This document shows, one piece after another, positions 35,431 to 48,949 of a stretch of 64,000 nt of DNA. Positions within the stretch are counted from its first letter, which is position 1, and each line of letters begins with the position of its first letter. Source of the DNA: Lama glama (lineage: Eukaryota). The stretch spans positions 86,616,001 to 86,680,000 of the forward strand of contig CM052817.1 of NCBI GenBank assembly GCA_028534125.1, written 5' to 3'. A program made the position numbers and the translations under genes. Under the pieces are notes generated by a model. It worked only from the letters and a program-made list of their open reading frames with translations, ran no database searches and was not told the origin of the DNA.

Positions 35431-38400
35431 TTATATGTACCAAGGGAAAGTAAATTGTAGACATCATGACTTTTGACCCTTAAGTGCTTCAGGCCACATC
35501 TCCTCAGAAACATGACATCCTCTTACAGAACTACAATATAATCATAACCCATAAAATATAATACCAAAATTATAAATCAATAATCTCATGGAATAATGAG
35601 TCCATATGTTAATTTCCCCAATAATTGTCCCTCCTCTCAGTCCAAGCTCTAATCCAACTTTACACAGTGTATTTGGATGTAATGTTACTTTTTTTTTTTT
35701 AATATACAGTTCATATAGATAGATAGAGGCTAGGTAGATTTTTTTCCATGACCTTCCCTTGAAGCATCTAGGCCAGTAATCTTTGATGATCTGACGTCTG
35801 AATTTTGTCTTCCAAATGATTTTTATGTGAGAAACGCACATGCACACAATGATTTCCACTTCTACTGCCGTAAATAAAAGATGCCATGCATTCAAGTCAG
35901 TTTGTTCACTGGAGCCATTTCACAGCCATTCATAGGGAGCCATTCTCCCTCCCACTTGCTTTGACACATATGGCCCTTTTTCTGACAAAAGTCTTCTATT
36001 TCTGTGTCCTACATATAAAGCCCTTTTACTGAGTAGGAACTGAAATTAATTTTGTCTGCTGTTCCCCTAGCAAATGGGAACTCAGGTATTATTAAGATTT
36101 TGTTGTTGTTGTTCCAAAGGGTAGAGATCTGCAGACGTATTTTTTCTTCTATTTGAACACTGTTATCTTTCCCTTCAGTATGTTACCCCAAAGAAGAAAA
36201 AAAATATATATATATATATAGGATAGTATTAGCAACCCAGTCAGGCACCAAAATAATACTCTGGGGTCTGGCATACTATGTCCAAAGGTTTTTTTTCTTT
36301 TGGATATCTCTAATGTGCTCTCATGTCTGCTGATATGTCTGATGTAGCATCACACACATGCAGTCAGCACCAGGATATGTAGGGCAGTGTGGGGGACATG
36401 TTATAACCCCTCTCATCTGCCCGTGTCCTTGGTCACATGTATCATTTCAGTGATTTTTCTAGCATATATTTAGGGTCTATATATGCCATATGAAAAAATG
36501 TACAGAGTACAGACATATAGAGGTTTTTTTTTCCATATCAGTAAATATTAGATATCCAGAGATGTGCAATTAATACAGAGGTAACTTTCACATACATATA
36601 TTCTATGGACAGCAACTTTTTTTTTTTACTATGCAACTATTGGCCTTTTTTCCCTCTGTGCTAAACTGCTGTTTAGTTACGTTCATAGATCTGGATTCAA
36701 TATTTCCTGATTTGTATCACCCAATTTGGAAAAATTTTAAGGCACAAAACAAAGCATAAGGGGACACCCTGGGTTTTTTAAGCACTTTCCATGGAAGTTT
36801 CTATAAATTAGTTAATATCTGATAAAACCTCTGAGGTTTCTATATTTTGTGATAATTGTATAAGGAATCTATGTTTAGTTTCAGCTATTTTTGCCTTCAG
36901 CATGTGGAGTATTTAAAATCTAAATTTGGAGTCAATGTATTATCTATGTTCATATGGCACAATTCTATTTTTCTGTATACCTTTCTGTTCTAGTTTCCTG
37001 TTTACATGTAGAAATTGCTGTTTAAAGAAGTGGTGTCTCAAAGCAGGTTTAATAAAATCATAAATATAGACGGACATAAATACGCCCAGATAAAATTGCA
37101 CCTCAGGCTTTCAAGGAGTGAAGATTTATTCAACACTTCACTACATCATCTAACTAAAAAGAACATTTACCATATACAAACCACTTTTTTGTCTTTGTCT
37201 TAATTTTATTTAATGAGACGCTTTAAACAGTTATAATAGCCTTTCCTTCTAAATTTTATTTTAAAAGATGCCTATTTAATAGAGATGTTTTTCCATCGTG
37301 TAGGAAGGTGACACCAGGGCAAGATGAAGCAGAATATGGAAAGATGCTATAATATAATTTTCCGTTGACACAGTGACTCTCTCTCTACAGTGTGCGGAGC
37401 AGTGTTATCAAAATCTGGCTTAAATATAAGCAATGAAAGTGGAAAGTGCTATGTATTTTTGTAGTGACAATAAAGTGTTTGGGATTGGGAATAATTAATT
37501 GTTTGTCTTTACAAAACAGCAGGAGTTCAGTTAGACAAATAACGAGTCTTTACAAGTCCTTGTAAAAAAAAAATAAATAAATGAATAAACTTACCAGCAA
37601 CTACTAATCTGAGAACACAGACTAACAGTACTGTAAACAGTCTTTATGCTCAGACATGCTATCACTAAAATGTTTACTTCTCTACAAACAGAAGTAAAGC
37701 AGCTTTTGGTTAAATGTTCGCTTCTGTGAAAACGGGTACAAAAAGTACTTTACAACAGCAGATGTGCTTCACCTAACTTCCCAATGTGCAATATTACAAT
37801 TTTGAAAATACTACTTCTCTGAATAATTTATTACTACAATATACATATAAGATGTGATAAATAGCTATATTTAAGTAAATCTTTCTGTACACAGAAGCAC
37901 TTCTGTGTTTCTGTATTAAACTCGCGAATAGATCACTAATCTATTAGGATTTGGTTTTACCACCTCTCAACCAAAACACTTCAGTATAATTTAAATATAT
38001 TTATATAATATGTCAGCCCTTAAATAGAACATTAGTTGAGAAGGAATTTAGAAAACTTATTCATATTCTGGCCTGTTCTGATTTAGAAATGTATATATAC
38101 TTTCAGGAATGACTCAAATCAGCTCACGTTTATCCATTGGTAGTGCAATCAAAAGAAAATATTTCAATTTAACTTGGTTTCAGTTTTTTTTTGAGTCAGT
38201 GTTCATCTTCTACAGTTCCATTTTCTTGATAATAACCCAAATACATGTCATTCTTCAGGGATGTCTTAAGTAATTAAGAATGTACTTTTACTCTTTTGAT
38301 CTACCCATGTAAAATTATATTTCTCTTGTACTTCAGTTCATAAGAAGCATTTTATGTGCATGAATATCTGTACTTTAAGGTTTTATTCTATGGCAACCAT

Positions 38401-41400
38401 GGACTGAAGTGTCATGTAGACTGGATAAGTAATGGTTATATGATAATAATTTTCCATCATAGACTGTTGGTAGAAAAGATTCTGGGACTCTTACCCATGT
38501 TTAGTTAATGGAAAATACTTTATACAGGCAAATGCCAAATAGTGCTTATACATTTTAGAGAATGTGCCAAGTTCGGCTCCTACTGTTGGAAGAAACTAGA
38601 CACTGGAGGGGTCCTGGTGAGGTGGATTACTGCACCATCACTGCAGTATTTTCCAATCTGGAGCCCTGAAGAAACCACAGGAATTTAAAGTTAGTCCCTT
38701 CACAGTTCCCTCCTTGGCCCTGAGTACCTTATAGGATTTTGAGCTACTGAACTAGCGTTTCCCGTGCAGCCTTGGCGAGGACAGCTGAGAGCTAGGTCCT
38801 GTGCTCTGCAGCACACACGAAGTCAGCTGCCTTGTATTTAAAACTGCAAGCAGATTGCTGGGTCCCCCAGAGCCAGAAAGCCCTGTATATGGAAAGTTTA
38901 TGTGTCTTATAATCAAAATATTGCTCAGCTATACCTGCTGGGAAAAGCTGAAAATCTATTCTGAGGCTCCCGCGTATCTGGTGAGTCCCTTGCTGTCCAA
39001 AATACATCCAAACACAGTTCAAGTCACGCTTCAGCAGCCAGAACCCTTTGAGGTAACTGCTCCAGCTAAAGTCTTATGCTCTTGCTGATGGACGTGTGGC
39101 TAAAAATTGTAGACAGTAGCTGCCAAGGTCACCCTTACAGCCAGCACAATTTTCAAAGGTCCAGTCTCTCCTGAGCTCTCAGATATTACTAAAGCCTGAG
39201 AATCTTCCCTGAGCCCTAACATCACTATGGCCTCTCCACCCTCAGTGTAGGTCATCGGACAGCTCACGTGTCAGCTGCTTGCAGGCACTGTCGCCCTCCC
39301 CCTCTAGAAGGAGCTTTTCGAATGAGAGCAAGGCCACCAGGGGAGTGGCCAGCATCTCAACTGTGCTGAGTCCACAGCCTTAAAAGTCTCCTGCACACCT
39401 GTAGCAGTGCAGCCCTGCAAATATTAGTTTCTACCAACACCCTGGCAAAAACATCTTGCCACACATGGGATTCCAAACCCCAAAGCCACATGACCTGGAT
39501 TCACTCAAAGCTTCTCGAGGTATCTGGTGGGCCTCCCTAATGTTCACTGTTATATACAAATATGTAAAGAGCTATGTGCTCAATACTGGGGTCTCTGAGG
39601 ACCCTCAGAAATTGTGTACCTCTTTGCTGCCTAAATTCTGATAAAGAAAATGGGAATTCAGACTGGCATCCGGAAGCCAAACTGTCACTTTTATTACTAA
39701 TTAAGGCTAAATCAAATAGAACTGCTTCCCAGAAAGGCAGATTTATCCATCTAGTGATGTAGCTAAACTTGCGTAGAACTCCCCTTGCTAAGACTTGTCT
39801 ACAGACAACCAGTGACACGGATTTGGCAAGAACTCCTTTTCTATGTGCACATACTGGTTCTAGGGAAGGAAAAAGAAAGGGCTTTGGCTAAATACATCCA
39901 GTTTATTTTTCCAAATTCATCAATTAAATGGGGAGCCTCCCTTCCCTGGATAGTTGCCAGTATTATTACCGTCTTTCTCATGACCATGATTTAACACTAG
40001 TGCAAAAAGAGAGGAGGAAAACAGTAATTTTTCATGTATTTTCTAATATAATAAAAATGTGTGAATTTCTTAAAAACTCCTACACCTTTGAGTCAAAAAT
40101 TATAAATTCTCAACTTCCAAGATTATCTACCAACATAAGAAGTTTTGGAATTGATTCAAACCCCAAATGGTTTTGGCCTTCTGAGCTCTCGTGATAACAT
40201 ACAGGAGGCAGGGCTCACCTGTAGCAAAGTCACAGATGTGCACTGGCTGCGCGACGTTCACCAAGCTGCAGGAGTCAAGCAACACACTCATCTCAGCCAG
40301 ACTTAATGACCATGTCTCAGATTTTGCAGACCTCAAACACAGAAACCCTCACCAGTTCCAGCCTCCTCCTAATACTGTGACAGCAAGTGGCACTGGAGGT
40401 CTCCAGGGTCTGTTCTGTCCTGGTGCCTCATCTCTTTGATCCCTTGATATCTCAAACATAAACCATCATCTTCACTACCTATCAGGTAGTGGAAAAACAC
40501 AAACAAGTATTTCCACTTTTCTCCTTCTTTACTCTTGCCTCCAAATATTCCTCCAGATTACAGCTGAAAAGTTCCAAAATCATTTACTGTGAATAAAAGA
40601 GCTAAGAGGAGAGCCTTTGTTCAAATATATTGAATATAGTCTTCAAATATATTCTGTTTTGAAGAGCTAATATCAAAGATTTTTCAAGAAATGTGAGATG
40701 AGTTAAGCTAAATTTTTATGCTCTCTTTTCTTTAACTATAGATCACAGCATGATGAATAATAGGTTTCTGTTGCGTTGGGCACTTGCAGCCTTAATTTGT
40801 GCTAATGCCCCTTAGAACACTGTACTGTTTTCCATCTTACATTTAATGAAAACTGTGACAACATGCATAACATATTTCTGCTAAAATCTGTGTAGCCTAT
40901 TAATCATACCAATTACTAATATAACCATTGACTCAAGCTCGTAATCTTGAATAAATGTGTCCAAGTAAAAATCAAGCTATGGATGAATTAGATCCCTCAC
41001 TTTCCAAGGTGTGTTTTGAATAGGTGATTATATCTAGCTGTCTGCATCCTGGCTGGAAGTTCTCAGGATTGTCTAGATTTACATAACAGTCCCCTTTGCT
41101 CATTATTCCCTCTTGGCTAATTGCCTCCTTTCCTTCATTTGTACTAATTAGGCAACATTTTGTTTAGCACATTAGCTTGAACTGTGTCACCAAGGTAAAA
41201 CAGCTTTAATAAAGCCGAGCCATGCAACATTACTACTAAATTGTTACTGATTACAAATACACCCTCAAAAATGAATTTAAATGAAAGGTAATTAAATTAG
41301 GTAGAAAGACATATATTTCCAGTTTTTTTTTAGGAATAAATTCCATTTTCATGTCTTTTCTTTACCTCTTGAGATATTTTCTATGAACTTTGTGATGAAA

Positions 41401-41548
41401 TAGGCAATCTACATCCCTGTAGATGCATAAAAATCTTTGTGCTCTTAAAAACTTGGTTAAATTGACTTGTTCACTCTTTCTTATATTTCTTACTAGGTAC
41501 TGTTGGCTCCAAGGTCATCAAAAATTATAATAGAGTTGGATAAGACTG

Positions 41549-41562
41549 CTGCCATTTGGTGG
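41549..41562 (-). promoter_or_regulatory. Candidate CTCF-binding site
   Basis: Minus strand TGG-CCACCAAATGGCAG-CA, 13/14 match to the core with a favourable 5' TGG. Confidence 0.4.
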
Positions 41563-42268
41563 CCAGATTGCTTCAAAAATTATAAAAGACTACTGTCCAA
41601 TAAGTTCACTGTTCCACAGTTCTGCAAGCTGATCGTGCTGGTGTATTTATGACCATACATAGAGGCTCTACTGGATAGGCAAAGGGGGAGTTTCGCCTCT
41701 AGCAAAGACGTTGAAGCTTTCTAAGTGCGACTCTTCTGCCTGAAATAGTTCTTTTAGTAATTCCAGAGGGTAAGAGAAGATTCTAGTTCCATTATCTGTC
41801 GCTATCAAGATGTAACCCCTGCCATCAATCTATTGTTGGGAAGTGGCCATTCAGAAAGAACAGATGGTGACAACAGGCACAGGAGAATATGGGCAACTTC
41901 CAGGTTTCAGACAAATAGCATCACGAGTTTAGCTTTAGAAAGAGCTGAAGGGAACAACTACTCAACGAGGGAGGTAAAGCATACCCAGTGGGTCCATGAA
42001 CAAAGAGAAGACAACGGCTCAGCTATGGCTTTGCTGCCATCTCCGAACAGGAGAGCTCTCAGTTAAGGGGTTGCTGTAAGGAAAACTCAATGACAAGTTT
42101 TAATTTTGGAAGCATATAATGTGGCTTTGTGTATTAAAAAAATAATAATACATTAAGAAAATCATGGCAACACAACTACAGCGGGAAAATTATTCTTTAA
42201 AATGCACAGCTGAGTAACTTTGGACAGTAGTGCTTAAATGGAAATATATTAACCTGTAACTCATATTC

Positions 42269-43655
42269 TTTTTTTAACATTTTTTATTGATTTATAACCA
42301 TTTTACAATGTTGTGTCAAATTCCAGTGTTCAGCACAATTTTTCAGTCACACATGGACATATACACACTCATTGTCACATTTTTTTTCTCTGTGAGCTAC
42401 CATAACATTTTGTGTATATTTCCCTGTGCTATACAGTGTAATCTTGTTTATCTATTCTACAATTTTGAAATCCCAGTCTATCCCTTCCCACCCTCTACCC
42501 CCCCCCCGGTAACCACAAGTCTGTATTCTCTGTCCATGAGTCTATTTCTGTCCTGTATTTATGCTTTGTTTTTGTTTGTTTTTGTTTTTTAGATTCCACA
42601 TATGAGCGATCTCATATGGTATTTTTCTTTCTCTTTCTGGNNNNNNNNNNNNNNNNNNNNNNNNNNNNNNNNNNNNNNNNNNNNNNNNNNNNNNNNNNNN
42701 NNNNNNNNNNNNNNNNNNNNNNNNNNNNNNNNNNNNNNNNNNNNNNNNNNNNNNNNNNNNNNNNNNNNNNNNNNNNNNNNNNNNNNNNNNNNNNNNNNNN
42801 NNNNNNNNNNNNNNNNNNNNNNNNNNNNNNNNNNNNNNNNNNNNNNNNNNNNNNNNNNNNNNNNNNNNNNNNNNNNNNNNNNNNNNNNNNNNNNNNNNNN
42901 NNNNNNNNNNNNNNNNNNNNNNNNNNNNNNNNNNNNNNNNNNNNNNNNNNNNNNNNNNNNNNNNNNNNNNNNNNNNNNNNNNNNNNNNNNNNNNNNNNNN
43001 NNNNNNNNNNNNNNNNNNNNNNNNNNNNNNNNNNNNNNNNNNNNNNNNNNNNNNNNNNNNNNNNNNNNNNNNNNNNNNNNNNNNNNNNNNNNNNNNNNNN
43101 NNNNNNNNNNNNNNNNNNNNNNNNNNNNNNNNNNNNNNNNGGGTGCAGGTGTCATCCTGAAGTAGATTTCCTTCTGGGTACAAGCCCAGGAGTGGGATTC
43201 CTGGGTCATACGGTAAGTCTATTCCTAGTCTTTTGAGGAATCTCCACACTGTTTTCCATAGTGGCTGCACCTAACTGCATTCCCACCAGCAGTGTAGGAG
43301 GGTTCCCCTTTCTCCACAGCCTCTCCAGCATTTGTCATTTGTGGATTTTTGAATGACGGCTATTCTGACTGGTGTGAGGTGATACCTCATTGTAGTTTTG
43401 ACTTGCATTTCTCTGATAATTGGAGATATTAGTGATTAGTGATATTGAACATTTTTTCATGTGCCTTTTGATCATTTGTATGTCTTCCTTGGAGAATTGC
43501 TTGTTTAGGTCTTCTGTCCATTTTTGGATTGGGTTGTTTATTTTTTTCTTATTGAGTCGTATGAGCTGCTTATATATTGTGGAGATCAAGCCTTTGTCAG
43601 TTTCATTTGCAAAAATTTTCTCCCTTTCCGTAGGTTGTCTTCTTGTTTTACTTAT
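42269..43655 (-). mobile_element. Young 5'-truncated L1 (3' UTR plus ORF2 end) spanning an assembly gap
   Basis: T-tail and 3' UTR at left. ORF2 peptides [28 protein letters not shown] and [16 protein letters not shown]/[22 protein letters not shown] at right. Confidence 0.95.
42641..43140. other. Assembly gap (500 N)
   Basis: Exactly 500 n characters. Confidence 1.
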
Positions 43656-44079
43656 GAATGAATGCATGAATGAAAATAACTATAATCTCAAAAAAAATCT
43701 TCATATCTGAAATAAGTAATGGATGAATCCTAATTTCATTATCAGAATTATAATATGTACCAAAGTTCATTTAGCCTAAAAATAAAGCATAAATATGATT
43801 TTTAAAAATATCCTTGCCATTGAACATCTAACCAGTTTTAAGTGAATCATAGGAGACTTTTCACATCTCCATCACAGTTGTTTTACAAAGATAATTTTTG
43901 AGAGAAGTGTTAAGTATATTCATTATGCTAGCTCCTTCCCGCAGAATTCAGTAATTATTGCTACAAAGTGTGGCCCAAAAATGTGATTGCAATACTGCCA
44001 TAACTTTAAAAATTGCTATAGATCATAGATCCCATCCTTATTTTAATACTATATTAAATATTCCATACTTATAATCAAA

Positions 44080-44180
44080 CCTTTCTTTCTTTCTCTTTCT
44101 CTCCTTTTCTTTTTCTTTCTCTCTCTCTCTCCCTCCATCCTTCCTTTTTTCCTTTCTTCTTCATCTTTTTTTTTTTTTTT
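44080..44180. repeat. Polypyrimidine (CT/CTTT/T) low-complexity tract
   Basis: Direct observation. Confidence 0.9.
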
Positions 44181-46271
44181 GTGAGTATAGACTAACCTGG
44201 AGCTTAAAGTTTCTAAATGACTCCTCAGGCTAGCTAACTTTCATCTTCTATGACCCATGATGTCACCCAATGCACCAAAATCTTCTAGGGATCCTGATTC
44301 AGTCACCGTATCTGTTATTCCATGTCTCTTTCTCTATCCTCACAATTGCTGCCAATATTACCCATGTTACTGACTGCGTTTGTAAGTAGAATTATAGAGG
44401 TGAAAGAGCTAAATATTATGATAAATTTCTCCCTAGTTTGAAATCAACACATAATTTCATACATATTTTTAGGAGCACATTATGTATGACATGAGAATTA
44501 TGCAAATAGATATAACACATTAGGTTCCAACTGCATAAGATAAAATACAGCAAACATTTTCTGAACTCATCCAGACGCAGTTCACTGTAAGTGATGAAAA
44601 CCTTTACTCCTGCTTATAATAGCTTGTGATAAAAGCCTACAATCAGCAGCTCCTATAGCCATCCACCTGTGAGCCTGGCATCACGGAAAGTGCATCTGTG
44701 TGATTCTCGGGCTCAAAGCCTCTTCTCTGCTACAGAGAAAATCCAAGGCACATGGTCGGGTAGTTCCCAACTCTAACCTCTGCTGTGAGGGGCTAAGTGC
44801 CTGGAATGAGCGGAAAGATACAACTTTCTCCCCTACACTACCATCCTAGGTCCAGCCAAGCTGGTCTCTGACCAGTTGTCCCAAACCTGCAACTGACACT
44901 TGTGAGGTGCTACTCCTGTTCACATCCTGCTTCCTTGACCCATCCTACCACAGCCCTCTTGCCTGCTTCGCACAGGAATGAACTGGAGAAAAACGAGAGC
45001 TGAGGAAAGAGAAGATGGCAGAAGGATTTTTAATAAAATAGCGATTGCATTTGACAGAAGAAGATGTAAGCCCTGGTTGGCAAGGAAACACCGAAAGATT
45101 ATAAGGGGGTAAGGTGAGAAGGTTGTTGAAAATTTCTCCTTCAATTCTTTCAGTGTTCATAAACACCTTTTTCTGTTTTGTTTTGTTTTGTTTTAATATA
45201 TTGTCGTCTTCTTCTTTTTCTGGTGGCTTGTTTGATGATTTCACCAGAAACTTGCAGGCTATAACATTATAAAGTTGCTTGAAGTCATCAGATATTAGCC
45301 GTTATTTAAAAGGATCTGTCACTCACATGTAATATTAAATCTCTGATCGTATTTTATCTCCTCTAATAGTCGAACAATTTCTGAAATAGTAAAGAATAAT
45401 TCGACTTTTTAGCAGGAGCTGGATATGGCAGTGATTGATATATGTCTTTTCCTGGGCACCATTATTATCACACTCTCATGCTAAGAGATTTTTGATGTCA
45501 CAAAAATCTACAAGAACATCAGTTAAAACCCCCAGGTTTCAGATAATTTCACCCACTTCCTTGCACTCACCATTAAATATAAAGACCATTTACATATAAG
45601 TCCTTAGGAAATGAAGGCAACTGAACAAAAGCTGAGGTCCAGATTTTTACATCTCTACCATTCATATCCTCTGCAGTACTCAATGCAATTCTTTTAACAA
45701 TGAGTAATTAAGAGATAAAGATAAGGTCTCAAATAGGTATTATTCTGATGGGCAACAAAATTGCACAAATAACAGCTTGAAAACACTCCGTATCAAGAGG
45801 GGTATGTACAAAGAAATACAGAGGTAGGTTGATGAGGTAATTAATGAGATCCGGGGCATGGAGAGGAAAATGCACATCTTTGTGCAGAAGGTGGTACCTA
45901 GAATATAGTTTAAACATTGATTAGGACATAGTTTTTTGGAGGCTGAGGGTATTCATATATAACCCATGGTCTTCTTTAATATGACAGTCTTACATAGTTG
46001 AACTAGCTCTTTTCTATAGCTGTTTTCTATAAATAAAAGTTCTATAAATGTTTTTGAAAGCATTTAAAAAATCTTGAGGAACATTTGTATGTTATGCAAA
46101 CTGAATGTTTTTTTAATTGGAAAATAAATTTAGGCAAATTAAATCTGTACTCTGGAAATATTAATCCAAAAAAAATGAGATGAGTTCCCAGGAATCTTCT
46201 GCTTTTATTATTTCTATTTTGTGAAACTCTCTCCTTTACCTCTCCTCTTAGTAGAGTGGGATTTGGCCAGA

Positions 46272-46866
46272 TATGGTATGCAGAATTTTAATGAAGTCTC
46301 CCCAGATTTTTGTCTCTTGAGCTAGATATCACTACAAATGGACTTTGTTGTAATTCATATTACTAATTAGCTGACTTAAAAATTGACAAACTTTCTTGGA
46401 TTATCTTGGTAGGTACCATACAATTACATGAGCCCTAAAAATGGAAGAGGAAGGCAGGAGAGATGAGTCAGAGAAATTTTAAAAAGGACAAGGAAATGAC
46501 CTGCTATTGTTGATTTTGAAGTTGGAGAAAGGAGGGACATGACCAAGGAATGCAGTCCATCTCCAGAAGCTGGGAATGATCGTGGGTTGATAGAAAAGGA
46601 TACAGGAAACTCAGTCTTATAGCCCCACTAAAAAATTCTGCCAACCACTGGAGTGACCTTGAATGCAGGGTCTTGCCCTCAGCTTCCAGAAAGGAATGCA
46701 GTCCAGCCAGCATCCTGATATCCACCTTAGGAGACTATCAGAGAACCAGCTGAGCTACACCGTGTCCAGATTTCTAGCCCATGTAAACTGTGAGATGACA
46801 GGGGGTGTCGTTTTACACTGCGGAATCTGGACAAATTGTTAACAGCAGTGATAGAAAACTAATACA
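46272..46866 (+). mobile_element. MaLR solo LTR, MLT1E-like
   Basis: ccaaggaatgcag, ggaaactcagtcttatagcc, aattctgccaaccac, gagaaccagctgagctacaccgtg; ends gcagtgatagaaaactaataca. Confidence 0.85.
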
Positions 46867-47468
46867 CCAACAGAGCACATTCTTCCCCTGCTCTATGAAC
46901 CACCTACTTGATTTTAATTTTTTCTCTGTTAATCCACAGAACAAGGTTCTGATGAAAGCGAAGTGCCACTGCCCTAGAGAGGTAGGAGCAAGAGAATCAT
47001 CAACGGTGTTGAGCCACATTACTTTGAAATTTCTTCTTTCTGCCTTCTCCTGGGGAGAAGACAATTACTTTTTGTTTGAGAAAACATAGGTAGAGTGTAA
47101 TATACAATTCTGTTGTGATAATACGTGTTTCAACTTATTTTACTCTGAAGAATAAGTAATAAATGGTTAAATGATCATTGATAAAGAGAGTATTAGTACT
47201 TGACTTAGAATACAAAAGGCTTTAAAGTGATCGTCCTAAATTTTTATATTTGTCTTTTAGATGAAAAAATATGACCACAAATTTGGAGTGGGATTTGAAG
47301 ATGATAGACTTGAAAAATTACTTCAGAGCAGTTAATTGACAGTCTTGACAAGAAATAAACTTTTGAAGTGTGTGAATCACTTTAGTCAGAGCACACCGTC
47401 AACCATGGAAAGACATCTCTCTCATTAGGATGGACTTTATCACACCAGATCTTGTAAAAATCTGCATA

Positions 47469-47797
47469 CAGTGGGCCCTCCATATCCACAGAGTTATGCA
47501 TCTGTGGATTCTGCATCCTCAAATCCATCCACCCAAGGACTGAAAATATTAGGGAAAAAAATTCCAGAATGTTCCAAAAAGCTAAACTTGAATCTGCTGT
47601 GCACCAGCCACTATTTACATAGCATTTACATCATACTAGGGATTACAAGCAGCTTGGAGATGACTTAAAGTATATGAGAGGATGTGCTTAGGTTGTATGC
47701 AAATACTATGCCATTTTATCTGTGGATTTTGGTATCTGAGCGGGGTGGGTTGTAGGGGTCCTGGAACCACTCTTCTGAGGATACTGAGGGACGATTG
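47469..47797 (+). mobile_element. TcMar-Tigger MITE, MER2-like
   Basis: TA flanks, inverted ends cagtgggccctccatatcc / ggatactgagggacgattg, core tatttacatagcatttacat...tatgcaaatactatgccattttat. Confidence 0.9.
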
Positions 47798-48409
47798 TAC
47801 CTGGTCTGCCCCATCTCTCTCTGGTCATTAAAAATTCTAAAATGACAGATGATTTTTTGTCTCGTCTCCAACAGCTCCTCCTGGTCAAGAATTCTTTTTG
47901 TTTACAAAAATAGTGAACTTCACAATTATTTCTTCTTTCTGTTGAATGAAATAATCAGTAAGGACAATTAAGATCTTGTTTGTTTAAAATAAAAATAAGC
48001 ACTAGAAACCTAGACATGCTCTCTTAATATGATTTAACTTCCCATCTCAGCTTTTTCAGACCTTGGATTTCAGATCTTAATCTTGACTTTTAAAATTAAT
48101 TCTGTTCTATCTCTCCAAATGTACTTCTTGCTGAATATCCCCGCTGCAACTCAGATGTTGGTGCTCATGTTTCCTACTTTGTGTTAACTTTACAAACAAG
48201 CTAAATTGACCCCTTCTGGACTCAAAGACATGTCTGATTGCTCAGTCTAGTCATAATACGTCAACAAATAAATTTTAAAAATTTTCTATAATGTCATCCA
48301 CAGTGATAGCTTTAATCAATTAATTTAACTTATTTAATTTGAAATTAGTTTATGTAGTTTTTAATGACATCTTCATCTTTAATTTTCAGCACCCATCTTC
48401 ATATGGTGA

Positions 48410-48595
48410 AGAGGTTTGTTCCAGAGCAAAATTGCCCCATTTCAGCTTCTACTTAGCGTTTGTTGTGCCTTTATTTCCTCATTTGTAAGAGAATGACATT
48501 AATACCTACCTATCTCGTGTGCTATTTTCAGAATTAAATACTTAATCATTACAAATTGAAGGGACTACAGTAAGCCTTGAAATGTTAGCTCTTCT
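48410..48595 (+). mobile_element. MIR SINE
   Basis: gtgcctttatttcctcatttgtaagagaatgacattaatacctacct core. Confidence 0.7.
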
Positions 48596-48949
48596 TGTGA
48601 TTGTGATTTTAGTGTAAATTTATAATATTTTCTTTTTTTATATATTGAAAAATTATGCAAAAGATTATGCTTTCATAAATTTATTCTCATCTATTATATT
48701 ACTAATTATGTTCATGCTATAAATAAAAATACATGTTCCACATTTTCTTCAAAATACTTACTAAGTAACATTATCTCCTGGGTTGGTATGTTATTAAATA
48801 TGAATGAATAATTTCAGTCCAGTCTAGTAAAGATTGTGAACCACTAGATTTTTCTTATTTTAGAATGATTATCAATTTATGAATTACCCTGTATCTTTTT
48901 CTACATTTTAATCTTCACAAAATCTTTAAAACTCTAGATTCATTTTACC

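Noticed and set aside
37889..37908. Short hairpin acacagaag-ca-cttctgtgt
   Set aside because: Too short for a miRNA or other structured RNA; no supporting context.
38792..40439. Cluster of overlapping 60-95 aa ORFs
   Set aside because: Mostly non-ATG starts, both strands, no recognisable domains; consistent with fewer stops in locally higher GC.
42542..43270. Longest ORFs in the track (187-242 aa)
   Set aside because: Artefacts of translating through 500 Ns; the real residues are L1 sequence.
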